This document shows positions 40,845 through 54,569 of a stretch of 64,000 bases of DNA, one piece after another. The notes beneath the pieces are model-generated. The model saw nothing but the letters and a program-made list of their open reading frames with translations, made no database searches and was not told the origin of the DNA. The DNA is from Octopus vulgaris (Eukaryota), in NCBI GenBank assembly GCA_951406725.2, contig OX597814.1, forward strand, positions 178,126,001 through 178,190,000, in the 5' to 3' direction. The position numbers were made by a program, and so were the translations under genes. How positions within the stretch are numbered: the stretch's first letter is position 1; each line of letters opens with the position of its first letter.

Positions 40845-41040
40845 GTTGTTAAGCAACAAGACGGGTAAGAGTGATTAGGTGATGGTCTGGGGCTTAGGGG
40901 CGGGAGACCCCAGACCTTGGGAAAAATAACTGGTCGTCTTGTTGTAGTCGAGGGCTTTTTGTTGACACCCGACACCACTGGGAGGTGGCCCTCGAAGTCG
41001 CTGGAAATGGAGATATCCAGGTCCAAAATCTTGAACGGCT
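40845..41040 (-). mobile_element. ~195 bp structured repeat with an HDV-like ribozyme candidate (core 40948-41001)
   Basis: Homologous to 63674-63870; minus-strand core GCGAC-T-TCGAGGGCC-ACC-TCCCAGT-GGT-GTCG-GG-TGTCAA-CAAAA-AGCCCTCGA; (AAC)n 3' tail. Confidence 0.6.
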
Positions 41041-42222
41041 GCTGCTGCTACTTATACTACTACTTGAGATCTAGGGACCTTAGTCATCAGGTTATTAATT
41101 TATCTGTTTCTGCTTGCGCAACACTACGTCAGCAATGTATCCCGGCTGTATCATCGCTTTAAACCCAATAAAGTCTGTTACCGGTGTAGGTAACACTTTT
41201 CATTTCGTATTTCATCATTCTTATCTACTTCACCTTATGATTTAATTAAGAGAATATTACTAACATGCCTAAAAGATTCCATGAATATGCTGAAACAGTG
41301 TCTATTTATATGAAAACAATTCTAAACATGGACCTGTAATGTAATGTGTACACGTCTCATATACATTACTACATGACTTCGTATTCGTCCGGGTCTTGTA
41401 TATTTAGAAGGCACAGAAGAAATGACATTTGCATTTGCCAATCTCATGTGGCGTCCGAACAATGCATGAACGTGAGCGAGCCTAATTGTTTTCGATTCAT
41501 ATCGCATCAAATTTGAAAAATAAAAACAAAAAAAAAACCCCAAATATTATTACAAGAAAAAAAAAAAAAAACTAAATGAAAACTATATGGCTATGGTTTG
41601 AATGCCTTTGATTATAGGTTTGCTTCATCATGGCTGACCCGCAGCTGAACTCTGAGAACCGAATAATCTTTTGTTTAAAGCAATTGTGGGAAAGGTTTTT
41701 TTTTTCTTATTGTTTGGCGATAAACGTTAACCGAAGTTAAGAAAATCAAGTTAGCAAAGTAGTGATGCCAGAGACGGGAATTAATATATAGTGTTGCGTT
41801 CAACAGAAAGAAAAAGATAGCGAGTAAGATAATAAACAGAGAGAGAAAAGATAGAGAGAAGGTAAGCGGCTGTCATCTAGTGATGTGTGGTAAAATCCCC
41901 AAACTTAATAACACCTATCATATCCTTTATCCTTGAGCAACGCACGTAGATCTTCTGATCCATGTNNNNNNNNNNNNNNNNNNNNNNNNNNNNNNNNNNN
42001 NNNNNNNNNNNNNNNNNNNNNNNNNNNNNNNNNNNNNNNNNNNNNNNNNNNNNNNNNNNNNNNNNCCGACCTTCTAGATACAATAGACATGTATCCTTTA
42101 AATTGTACCATGAATACTCAGAAATATAATGATACATTGGATAACATAGTCACAGATAAACTAGGAATTGGATATCCAGGGCTGGAACATCTCTTATTCT
42201 AAAGGATTGACCACTACCATCG

Positions 42223-42258
<36 letters not shown>

Positions 42259-42279
42259 TGACTACTGCTGTTGCTGTTG

Positions 42280-42474
42280 TTGTTAAGCAACAAGACGGGT
42301 AAGAGTGATTAGGTGATGGTCTGGGGCTTAGGGGCGGGAGACCCCAGACCTTGGGAAAAATAACTGGTCGTCTTGTTGTAGTCGAGGGCTTTTTGTTGAC
42401 ACCCGACACCACTGGGAGGTGGCCCTCGAAGTCGCTGGAAATGGAGATATCCAGGTCCAAAATCTTGAACGGCT
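42280..42474 (-). mobile_element. Duplicate of the 40845-41040 structured repeat (inside the gap-flanking duplication)
   Basis: Same sequence, core at 42382-42435. Confidence 0.6.
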
Positions 42475-43886
42475 GCTGCTGCTACTTATACTACTACTTG
42501 AGATCTAGGGACCTTAGTCATCAGGTTATTAATTTATCTGTTTCTGCTTGCGCAACACTACGTCAGCAATGTATCCCGGCTGTATCATCGCTTTAAACCC
42601 AATAAAGTCTGTTACCGGTGTAGGTAACACTTTTCATTTCGTATTTCATCATTCTTATCTACTTCACCTTATGATTTAATTAAGAGAATATTACTAACAT
42701 GCCTAAAAGATTCCATGAATATGCTGAAACAGTGTCTATTTATATGAAAACAATTCTAAACATGGACCTGTAATGTAATGTGTACACGTCTCATATACAT
42801 TACTACATGACTTCGTATTCGTCCGGGTCTTGTATATTTAGAAGGCACAGAAGAAATGACATTTGCATTTGCCAATCTCATGTGGCGTCCGAACAATGCA
42901 TGAACGTGAGCGAGCCTAATTGTTTTCGATTCATATCGCATCAAATTTGAAAAATAAAAACAAAAAAAAAACCCCAAATATTATTACAAGAAAAAAAAGA
43001 AAAAAAAAACTAAATGAAAACTATATGGCTATGGTTTGAATGCCTTTGATTATAGGTTTGCTTCATCATGGCTGACCCGCAGCTGAACTCTGAGAACCGA
43101 ATAATCTTTTGTTTAAAGCAATTGTGGGAAAGGTTTTTTTTTTCTTATTGTTTGGCGATAAACGTTAACCGAAGTTAAGAAAATCAAGTTAGCAAAGTAG
43201 TGATGCCAGAGACGGGAATTAATATATAGTGTTGCGTTCAACAGAAAGAAAAAGATAGCGAGTAAGATAATAAACAGAGAGAGAAAAGATAGAGAGAAGG
43301 TAAGCGGCTGTCATCTAGTGATGTGTGGTAAAATCCCCAAACTTAATAACACCTATCATATCCTTTATCCTTGAGCAACGCACGTAGATCTTCTGATCCA
43401 TGTATTTATTATGTGAACATTTGTTATCACCCTTCCTAGACGAGAATGAAAGAGGAGAGAGGAGAGTAAGATAAAGAGAGAGTAGGAGGAGAAACACCAG
43501 ACGTTGATATATTTTCACGCTACAAAATATGACGTTAAGCAATTTTTCCAACCAGTCATAGAGACTAGGATGGAATAGGATTTAGCTTTAGGAATTCTAC
43601 ATCAGCTATAGAATTCCTTAAATACTGAGGTTTATTTTCCAGGGAATGAAACAAAGTATCTAATTGTGTTTTATACACATGGTTTGTATTTTACTTCTTG
43701 GATTATTCAATGTGAATTATGAAATATTCATTGAGCTTAAAGAATTAACAATTCATCCATAAAATATTGAAAACAAAAAACAATGTTTCAGAGATATACA
43801 GGCGCACGTACGCGTACACACATAAATACGTATACTTGTATAGATATATGCAATCTCACACACATATACACAAACATTTTTATCTA

Positions 43887-43952
<66 letters not shown>

Positions 43953-44229
43953 TGTGTGCGTGTCTATGCGTGTATATGTAACTATATGTGTGTGTGCGTA
44001 AGTATTTGCCCATAAGTGTCTACATACGTATGTATGTGTGTGTGTGTAAGTTGCTGAGATTAGTCGAACACGTGGCGTTCCGGTTTAATCGAAGACGTTC
44101 TTACCAATTACGTTAAATTATACTGAGAAACCGAGCTATGTTCCTCAGAATGGGCCTATATATATATATATATAAAGTAACAATTTGAGGAAAATCATTG
44201 GATTGTCAATAGAATATTTAATTTATCTT

Positions 44230-44262
<33 letters not shown>

Positions 44263-44671
44263 TTATATATACGTATACGTACATACTTATATGTGTACGT
44301 ATATATGCATATGTGTGCATAGGACGTCACAAAACGTAAACAACAGAAAATACGAGCAACGAAAGAAACAAATGGAAAACAAGACAAACAACACAGAGAA
44401 CGACCCTTCATCAGTTGTCGGCATATTTCCAGCATTTCACAAGATACACCTTCGATAAAACTGTTGCTATTACTTATTTGTTGGCCTTGTGCCAAAATCT
44501 GAAACCAATATGTATCTCGCGATCATAAAGTCGTTCATTTCAATCCGGGTAGGAGCGGCGCAGTCTCAGCATAGTTTCAGCTGATTACTCATTCAGCCTT
44601 AATCCTCGAAAAACCTTATGCAAGCAACCGGTCCATGCACAGTTGCGAACAGTAGCTAGGAAAGCAACGTA

Positions 44672-45400
44672 TACAGTGTCCCGAAATTAAGGTAAGCATA
44701 ATTTCAGGCTTTAATAACTATCAATAAATGTGATATCTGGGAAGATTAATTTTCGTTTTGTGCCTTATAATTTAACACACTCGCCGGTAAAATTTCCACT
44801 TATTTCTTAATTTTATTTTCCTAAAATTTTCGTTGCGTCTTGCAACCTTTTCAATTGTCTTGACTCTTGTTAAATTATACGGCACAAAAAGAAAACCACT
44901 CTCCCCAGACACAACAGAATATGCTTCAACACACGCACCCACGTAAAGAATCCTGCAAACCAAATCCAAAAACGAAATAAATGTGATAAAATATGAAAAT
45001 TATACATCATTATAAAAGCTTAGTGTGTCTTTTGGTTTCAGACTAAATAAATTCAGATTTATAAATTGGATTATGGCTGTAGACAGAAATACAATCATAA
45101 CCCTCTACAGAGGATGTGAAAGTAATACAACTATACCAAAAGAGCTAAAAATCAACTGAAAAACAGTCTAGAAGATTGTCTAGAAGAAATTTTCAGAGAC
45201 TGGTTCCACCAGTGATCAACAATATGGCTCTCAAGCAGCCCCGATCTCAACCCGTTGGATTTTTTTATACATGCTTGTACACACACATATATCTATACAC
45301 AACCATGTCTTCAAAATGGACCAAGCAGAAAAATCCAACGGGTTGAGATCGGGGCTTTTTGAGGGACATATATCCTTACCTTTAAACGACGGAATATTTC
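44672..45400 (+). mobile_element. Rearranged Tc1/mariner remnant
   Basis: TA-CAGTGTCCCGAAATTAAGG TIR-like start; HTH-like MAVDRNTIITLYRGCESNTTIPKELKIN at about 45072; WLSSSPDLNPLDF on + (45224-45263) and SKSPDLNPLDFSAWSILK on - (45310-45362). Confidence 0.7.
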
Positions 45401-45503
45401 TGAATCCAATGTTGTTTCTGATTGTAACTGTAGGCTGGTAGAGGCTCCAAGGTACTAGAGGCTCCAAGGTGCGTGTGTATAGTCAATATATTCCCTTCCA
45501 TAT

Positions 45504-45597
45504 CGGGTTACTTTGAGGAGCGTACGGTTATATAATCAGATTATTACCTAACACTCCATTGTACTTCTAGCGCGAAACCGAGTGGTAAGTTCACCCG
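45504..45597 (+). ncRNA. Type I hammerhead ribozyme candidate with extended stem II
   Basis: CGGGTTACT-TTGAGGA-GCGTACGG..TTGTAC..GCGC-GAAA-CC-GAGT-GG-TA-AGTTCACCCG; GUA triplet 45585-45587; C3U variant. Confidence 0.65.
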
Positions 45598-46379
45598 TGA
45601 TAGGTATATAATACGGTACATTTCGGATAATATATATATGTATGTATATACACGCACATACATACAGAGACACGCTCACACACATGCATGCACGTACACA
45701 CATATGCGCACACATGGATACACACATACATGCACACACACACACACACTCTCACTTATTCTCCCTCACACACCCACACACACACACACATATGCATACA
45801 TACATGTATAAAAGTCGACATTTCAGCCTGTTCCACAACAGGAGTGTTATTAAAAGAAATGGCTTTATTTCAAATAGAGCAAATTTGTACAGAAACTACC
45901 ACACCCACTCCTTTCTAATTGTGCTAACTGATCCGGTGACTGCATGTGTCACGTGTTTGACAGATACAAATTAATGTGTAAAGAGGAAACTAGGGATGCA
46001 AAGCTCAAATACACCGATGCTAATCGCGCTTCTTGCCGCTTTCCATATCATATATGAAGTTTCTCTGCTGAGGTTCGTCTAATAGTATCAATTATGTGTG
46101 TAAATAAATAACTGCCACTACTAAGAACACACATGTTAAACCACCTTGCAAATTCATAATTTCATTAGGTTTACTTCTGTTCAGTCATGTGTCGAAATAT
46201 CCTTCGAGGCTCTCTATTGTGAATTTTCCAAGATATTACACGCCTGTCCTACAAGGTCATTGACCCTGTGTTCGACTCACATGTTGTTGAGAGTTGGCCT
46301 CGTTTGGAATATAGCAAGCCACGCTCTGCTTCCAATCAGACCATATAATAGCGGTGGCTCATATACCAATGACACGACC

Positions 46380-46751
46380 ATGTATATGTATGAATGTATG
46401 ATTGCATATATGTATGTATGTATAATTGCATATATGTGTGTATGCATGTGCATACATACTTATACATATATATATATTATATATATATATATGTAAGTAT
46501 ATATATATGTATTATGTTTGTGAATATGTTTTTATGTGTGAATGTACATATGTATGTATGTGTGTGTGTATGTGTGGTGTGTCTGTGTGTGTATACGTAT
46601 GTACGTATGTATGTACGTATGTATGTACATATGTATGTATGTGTGTGCGTATGTGTGTACGTATGTATGTATATATGTACATATGTATGTATGTATGTAC
46701 ATATGTATGTATGCATGTACATATGTATGTACGTATGTATGTATTATGTAC

Positions 46752-46782
<31 letters not shown>

Positions 46783-46783
46783 T
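46380..46783. repeat. (TATG)n/(TG)n compound microsatellite
   Basis: Direct inspection. Confidence 0.95.
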
Positions 46784-47239
46784 GGTATTCTGTGGCCAAA
46801 AATAATTTGACTATGATGAAATACATTAGCGAAGACAGAAAGAACGAATTTTTCTCACCGGTTTTAAGCTTTTCGTTGTTATAAGTATTAAAAGTAATAT
46901 GATTTCAGTGTAGAGATTTTATCGAACAGCCAAGAGTTGTGTAATTCTATTCCCGTCATAACATAATGTATATTCCGTTAAGAATCCTTGGCGTCTGTCT
47001 ATGGTTATTATAGAGATTATGTGGTTGTTCTTGTTGATGTTTCTGTTGCTGCTGAAGGTGTTGGGGTTGATGTTGATGTTGTTGTTGTTGTCGGTTATGT
47101 TGGTATTGGTGGTGGTGGTGGTGGTGGTGTTTACTTTAGGAAACACATTCACGTCTGAATATCAATATATATTTACTCCGGCTTTCATAATCATATATGT
47201 ATGCAACCATACACACTCTGGTACGGAGTGTGTACGATT

Positions 47240-47282
<43 letters not shown>

Positions 47283-47602
47283 CTCATATATATATACATA
47301 CATAAATATATATATATACATACATATATATATATATATATATACATATACTTACATATATATATACACATATATATACATATACACATATATATATACA
47401 TATACTTACATATATATACACATATATATACATATACCCATATATATATATATATATACATATACACATATACACACACATACATATATACACATATACA
47501 TACATATAGATACATATATACATTTACATACATATATACATACACATATACATACATATATACATACATATCCACATACATACATACATATACACATACA
47601 TT
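47240..47602. repeat. (CA)n/(TA)n/(CATA)n compound microsatellite
   Basis: Direct inspection. Confidence 0.95.
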
Positions 47603-48609
47603 CACCCTCACGTAAGCAGTTATCTCTCTATTTACTTCTCTATCTATCGATTTACCACTGAATATATATACACATACATATACAGAGAGATAGATAAGAA
47701 GATAGATACATACATACATCAGTATATATGTGAGAGTATGTATATAAGTATATCCTTAACTCTATGGTCAGGTATTTGGCCATATACTTTATACGCATTT
47801 AGAAATAAATTGCTTTAGATTTTCACTTTTTCCTGTCTCATATTTAACTCATATGTCAATACAATTTACGCAAACAGTTGCACACTACCAGTCGGCATAC
47901 ATACACTCACATGCGCACGCGCTTATTTATATATATATATATATAAAAAAAAGCGATGGGAATTAGACAGTACAGAAATATTGGTGTGCGTTGATATATT
48001 TATTCCAAGAATAGCATTGCAACCAAAACCCCAAGTAGTGACGAAGTGCAGTTTTTGTTTGATGGAAAAAAACATAATACAACAGAGATCTCCACACCTC
48101 AGGCAACTGGGCATGCGTCTTCTATTAAAGAATGGGGATGACAAACATTTTATTCATAATATATAAGAGAGAGTGAGAGAGTGTGCTTGTGTATGTATCG
48201 CTCTGTGTGCGAATACTTGTGCGTCAATGGCGGCTCGACAATTCAGATATAACTCATATGATCAACACGTTGAAATACGTAGTGGGTTCGATACGATCGA
48301 TCGACGTCTATGTAGCTGTGACTCAGCTCGGCAGCAGCTCAATCGGTTGCAATGGTATAACAATAAAAATGTATTTTAATGTCTGCCTTCAATTGTTTTT
48401 CATGTTTTGTTTCACTTCTATTATTTTATAATAAATACATTGTGTTATAATAAACCACGAGAGATACTCTAATTTCATGTATTTAAATCTTTCGGGTACT
48501 GTGGAAAACTATTGCAAAAATACTTTCCTGTATTTGGGAAATATCAGTTTCTGCGTGTGTATGTGTGTATGTATGTGTCTGTGTTTATTTGTATGCATGT
48601 GTATGTGTG

Positions 48610-48647
<38 letters not shown>

Positions 48648-48742
48648 TAAGTATATGCATATATATGTGTGTGTGACCGCGTGTGTATCGTTGGCGGTTT
48701 TCTTTCTCCGTCTTCCCTTCGTTGGACCTTTCCTTTTTCGAT

Positions 48743-48777
48743 GTTTCGGACGAAGAACCCCACTCGAAACGTTAAAT
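48743..48777 (+). ncRNA. Degenerate minimal hammerhead-like motif in a TA-flanked repeat (about 48675-48880)
   Basis: GTTT-CGGACGA-AGAACCCCACTC-GAAA-CG-TT-AAAT; palindromic AACGTT; followed by TTCCTGAGCG as in the 9180 family. Confidence 0.45.
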
Positions 48778-48911
48778 CCTCCTTCTTTCTTTCCTTTCCT
48801 GAGCGTCCAATAACACTATACTTGTTCCACGAGCTCGCGTTGTTGTGTTTTCTCTTTGTTCACGTTTGGAGTAACTATGTAAATATATATATGTGCACAC
48901 ATATAAATATA

Positions 48912-48943
<32 letters not shown>

Positions 48944-49517
48944 CATGTGTGTGTGTATTTATATATATGCATGTATGTATAAGCTTTATTTTATTACCGT
49001 TAATTATTTTAGTATAAAACCTAGAGAAGAATCCGCTTTTAAGAAGCATACATTCTTCACATTTTCACACCTTATCCGCAGATTCAAGAGAGTGGTTGTT
49101 TTTTTTTTATGCTAAAGACAAACTTAAGATGACAGATTCTACGTGACATGATTTTTCCAGCCCTTAAAATTAATGTGATCGACGCCTGCAGGTCTGCAAG
49201 TGGAAACGAAATCTGAAGATGAACATCAGGGCATCTTGGCTTTGTATAAGATCGTATTATAAAGCTGCCGAGTGGGTTTACTCGTGTGACTTATTAAACA
49301 CTAATGCTGTCGTTGCCTTCTCGGTGCGTCTTTACTGTCACTAAATATTATTCAAGTCTTTTTCAAAGATGTCCTCAGCATATGTTGTATTACATTTCTT
49401 CCCACATTGAATATGTTGAGTACCTGTCTGTCTCTCCTCTACTCTTTGGTTTCTCTCTCTCTCCTTATTTGTATACACAAGCACACACACACACACATGT
49501 ATATATACATATATGTG

Positions 49518-49552
<35 letters not shown>

Positions 49553-51139
49553 GTATATATATTTATATATAAATATATATCAGACACAGACACACTCATA
49601 TGAATATATATATATATATATACATATATACATGGTGTGTGTGAAAGCGAGCAAGTATTTATATAACCCACCATCATTCCAGCATATGTTTGACTGTTAT
49701 TTATAACATAACCACTATTAATCACCAGAAGAGGCGACTGAATACTTTTTTCTGTTCGTTGATGATTCTGTAGTATTTGACTAACGCAGCGATGCCTATT
49801 TTAATAGCACTCACACTTTTATTAAAATTATCCGTCCCAATATAAAATCATATCACTCTAAAAGCAAAATATAATTTAAAACTTTCTATGTATTAAATGT
49901 TTCAAAGGAGCTGTGCTTTTCTATATGACAGCTCTCGAATCCTCAGCGGGGTTCTTCAATCCTGATGGATTTCTAGACAAGCCAATCCACATAAATGGTG
50001 TGTCTTGGTTATTTTGAAGCTGGTGGAATATAAGCGACTTCTCCCTGTGAGATATATTACAAATGGTACGAATAAAATGACAAAATTCTTAAATTTATAC
50101 ACATCTCAATACCTAAATGTATGTATGTATGTATGTACGTATGCATGAATGTAAGTTGGTTATGCTGTCATATTTAGGTGTGTTCTGTATTTTTCGACAC
50201 ACAAATTTTCTTTATTTAAAGGTTCTGGAACAGGAATTTCTTTACACTGGTAAATAGGGGAAAACTGTGAAATTTGGTTCGAGATTCCCTGCACATCTAC
50301 TAAATTTCACTACTCTGATCTATTCGTATGTCGAGCGAAGACGACGCCACTTTTTTTCCTTTCTTCCTGACTAGTCTGCTCCGTGCATTCCTTACTCTTT
50401 CCCTACCTTCTACACTAGCAACCAGCGATCGGACTTTTCACTGCCACCACAACATATTTTCCGGTATATAAGACGCTATTTGTTTTGTGTTGCCTTCATG
50501 TTTTGATAATTTTAGTTTTAATCTAATAAAGACTTTTATATTGACGAAATGTGATTGTTGTTGATTATAGTAAGATACAATCATGACAATAACAACACAT
50601 CTCAGAGTTGTAAAATAAGGCATTTTGAAACTACATATGCATCAACAACAAGAAAGCTAGCTACGGACTCGTAGCTCTGTACATCTTTTAAACACCGGTG
50701 CGCTTTATATATGGATAAAACACCGATGTCGGGAAAACGAATAAATATATGTAAATAATATTTCTTCCTTATTGGTGTTGATTCTTCGATGTTTACTGGT
50801 TACTCCGACACGAGAACCAAAGTGTGTAATATGCAACGCAGACAGTAAATAAAAAATAAAATAGAACAGACTAGTGATATTTAGTAGAGATGACCCGGAA
50901 GTTGTTCCTCTTCGATTACTATCACATTCAGCAGTAGCTTTCTTAAGTTGAATACATGTCGTTGATTGGCTGAAGTTATACAAATACGACAACTTTAACG
51001 CGAAATAAATTCTAACATAACAAATTATATCAAAAATGTTCAAAGTAAACCGTGTTCTGCGTGAGACATTCCACCAGTAAGCGAAGTTTCAAATTGTTTA
51101 GTTAAAAAAAATGAATTAAAAAATTTCACTGATCCGAAG

Positions 51140-51455
51140 CACTTTGAGCAAGTAACTTCTGCTATAGTCCTCTGCCCACCAAAGACTTGTCAGTGGATTT
51201 TGTCAACGGAAATTGAACGAATCCCGTCGTATATTTATATATATATATATAGGAAGTATATGTATGAATATCATTGTGTTTGTGTTTGTCCTCATCACCG
51301 GTTGATACAGGTTGCTGGTTTGTTTATCTCCCGACACTTATGAAATAAGTACCAGACCTAAACAATAAGTAAGTCCAGGAATAAATTCGCTTTATCAATC
51401 CCTTCAAGGTGGTACACCTCGCAGTCCAATGACAGAAGAAACGAAAAGATAGAAT
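51140..51455 (+). mobile_element. SINE family C, degenerate
   Basis: TTGAGCAAGTAACTTCTGCTATAG..GTGGATTTTGTCAACGGAAATTGAA..CCCGTCG. Confidence 0.75.
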
Positions 51456-51648
51456 ACATATGCCAAAGCATACACATATATATGTCTGTGTGTGTGTGCA
51501 TGTGTGTATGTGCATGAGTAAACATAGACACACATATATTTGTAACTGTGTGAACGCATGTACGTATGTGTGTGTGTGTGTGTGTGTGTATCTGAACATC
51601 TCATTCTCTCACTCACAATAACAAGAATATGAGAATAATTGGGTGTGT

Positions 51649-52053
51649 AAGGCAGCTGCTGGCAGAAATGTTAGTGCACCGGGCGAGATGCTTAGCGGTA
51701 TTTCTTCTGACGTTACGTTCCTAGTTCAAATTCCGCCAAGGTCGACTTGGCCTTTCATCATTTCGGTGTTGATTAATTAAGTACCAGTTACGCACTGGGG
51801 TCGATATAATCGACTTAATCCGTTTGTATGTCCTTGTTTGTCTTCTTTGTGTTTAGCCACTTGTGGTTAGTAAAGAAATAGAAATACGTATTTCGTCTGC
51901 CGCTATGTTCTGAGTTCAAATTCCGCCGATGTCGACTTTGAGTTTCATCCTTTCTTGATCGATAAATTAAATACAAGTTACGTTCTGGGGTTGATCTCAT
52001 CGACTGGCACCATCCCTAAAAATTTCAACCCTTGTTCCTAGAGTAGAAAAGAA
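51649..52053 (+). mobile_element. SINE family A, dimeric copy
   Basis: Colinear with 24980-25381. Confidence 0.92.
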
Positions 52054-52122
52054 TAACTTGGTATGTACTTAGTCTGTAATGTTATCTACTGATATTTCTT
52101 TTTAAGAAACTACATCCGATAG

Positions 52123-52165
<43 letters not shown>

Positions 52166-52549
52166 TTCTCTCCTTCTCATCTCTGTTTCATTTACAAACG
52201 TCTTCCTAACTTTTCACTCCCACCAAACCTACAACCTACCACACTCTGTCTGTATATCCCTTCAGCAAGCCTCCGCTCACCACCACAGACAGGAATCCTG
52301 CCAGCCATACAAACAAAACATATTTTTAAAGCTTCTTGCTTGAATTGCTATTCATTTGCTGAATGCATATCAAAATCGATAGGACTCACTCACTATTTTA
52401 TACCATTTTTTTTTTTTTTTGCTTTTTCAGTGTTTTTTTTGTTGATGAATCCTAATTAATCTCAAATCAACTTTCTATTTCTTTCGTTTATATTTCTTTC
52501 TGCATATTTTTTCTCTCTCTGTCTCTTTCTTTCTTTCTTTCGTTCTTCA

Positions 52550-52935
52550 TTTCTCCCTTTCTGAAGTTCTTTTTCTTCATATTTTTGTTTAAACATTTTA
52601 CCTCACCCTCCTCTTCCTCCTGATTCTTCATCATCGTCATCGTCATCATCATCATTATCACCATCATCATCTTCGCCTTCTGCTCCTCCATCTTCTTCGC
52701 TTCCTCCTTTTTCTTCTTCTTCATCTTCACCTGCTTCTTCGCCCCCTCCTTTTTTCTTCAATTTCTTCACCTTCTTCGCCCTCTCCTCTTTTCTTCTTCA
52801 TCTTCTTCATCTTGCTGCTGTTGTTCTTCTTCGCCCTCTCCTCCTTTCTTCTTCATCTTGTAGTTGTTGTTGTTCTTCGCCGCCTCTCCTTTTTCTTCAT
52901 CTTCTTCTTGTTCTTCGTTATCGTCGTAGTCGTCT
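52550..52935. repeat. (TCT)/(TCA)/(TTG) pyrimidine-rich low-complexity tract
   Basis: Direct inspection; a recurring TCTTCGCC(C) unit. Confidence 0.85.
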
Positions 52936-53608
52936 TTTCACATATAAATTGTTTGTATTAGTATGTGTGTGGTTATAACTTTCATGACTTTCCTGACTTT
53001 TAACCAATCCACGCTTTGTACCGGCATCTTAATTTGGTACATTTAGTACGTTGTACATCTCTCCCCTCTCTCTCTCTATCTCTGTCTATCTATCAGTAAA
53101 TCAGTCAGTCTGTCTGTCTATCTATCATTTGTCTAGTCTATGTAGAGTCTCCCTATACATGACAGCTATAAACGCGTGCTTCACATGTCACAGCTTAAAT
53201 CTTCCAAGGCAATAAGGAATTTAAAACCACAACATTCATGAATACATAAAGTAAATGAGGGCAGCAAAAAATTGGAGCGGAAATTGAAGAATTCTAAATT
53301 TACTGTTCGAAGCAGATCTATGTGATTGACTTCAATTTATCTATCTGTCTGTCTCTCTCTATCTATTTATCTATCTATCTATCTCGATATAGATACATAA
53401 ATAGATAGATAGATCTTTCTATATAAATGTCATCGAGGTTCTCTGTAATCCAGTATACCTAAACGCACGTATATATATATGTATATCGAAAAATAAGTAA
53501 AATTTCCTCAGAACCAAGCAAACAAGCTACATAACCCTCTAAACTAGCTGCGTACCTTTCTATCCATCTACCAACACAAGCGACCTATTTAGATATAATT
53601 CTTTAAAA

Positions 53609-53667
<59 letters not shown>

Positions 53668-53757
53668 CATACATACATGTATATATATATGTTTGTGTGT
53701 CTATCTATCTATGTATATATATATATATATGTTGATACATACAAACATATACACACT

Positions 53758-53800
<43 letters not shown>

Positions 53801-54569
53801 ATTCCAAGTTGTTTTGAACTAAAGTCATAGAAATAATTATACCACTGAGAAGTTTTTTTTTTCTTTCAATAAATGAGGCTTTACAAAAGTAGTATTGGTT
53901 TTAGTCTAGTTCATTGCTATTACATGATTTCTAAGTATCTCAATCATTGACAAGATAATTTAGTTGAAATTTGATTTGTCTCTCCCTTATTTTACTGATA
54001 TTTTCTACATTTTTATCTTGTTTTCTATTCTATTTTGTTCAAATTAAATTTGTGTTTATGATTTTCTTTGTTTCATTTTTCCTTTTCAGTCGTTTTGTTT
54101 GCTTAAATGTAATGCCTCAGAAACAAGATTTATAAACGAAAAGAAATTATAATTGGTTTGTATTGGCCGTTTCGACTGGATCGTGGGTTTATGCATCTGA
54201 ATGAGTGTATAGTGCGTGTGCTTCTGCGTGCGTGTGTGTGTGTGTGTGTATCTGTGCGTGTGCTTCTCTGTGTGTGTGTATGTGTGTGTGTATCTGTGCG
54301 TGTGCTTCTCTGTGTGTGTGTGTGTGTGTGTATGTGCGTGTGCGTGCGTACACATGTCTTTTAGCCTTTCTCTAACTGTTGGGTAATATCAGTCATTATT
54401 TTTTTGTCTGTGAGGAAATGACGGTGTTCCATTGAACCAGACATTTCAGTTTAGTGAAACATTGATTTGAAAGCAAATTTGCTCTTTACTACTACTATAT
54501 ACTGGAACAATTCGCTGCTTCTCTCATGTCTGGCGTAGTCACTGATGTTGTTATTACTACAAGCCTATT

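Larger units (their letters stand above)
40611..43403. other. Near-identical 1.35 kb direct duplication (40611-41965 and 42066-43403) around a 100-N gap
   Basis: Copies appear to differ only in (CTA)n length and a poly-A run; Ns at 41966-42065. Confidence 0.95.

Noticed and set aside
40739-41162. Overlapping ORFs MDLDISISSDFEGHLP.. and MGKITGRL..
   Set aside because: They span the structured repeat and a (CTA)n run, show no recognisable domain, and are not kept intact in the 63674 homologue
44400-44460. CTGATGAAGGG on the minus strand
   Set aside because: No downstream stem II closure or GAAA
44821-44860. Minus-strand TTGAAAA-G-GTTGC-AAGAC-GCAAC-GAAA-ATTTTA hammerhead-like motif
   Set aside because: Good stem II, but two core changes and no stem I; at most a relic
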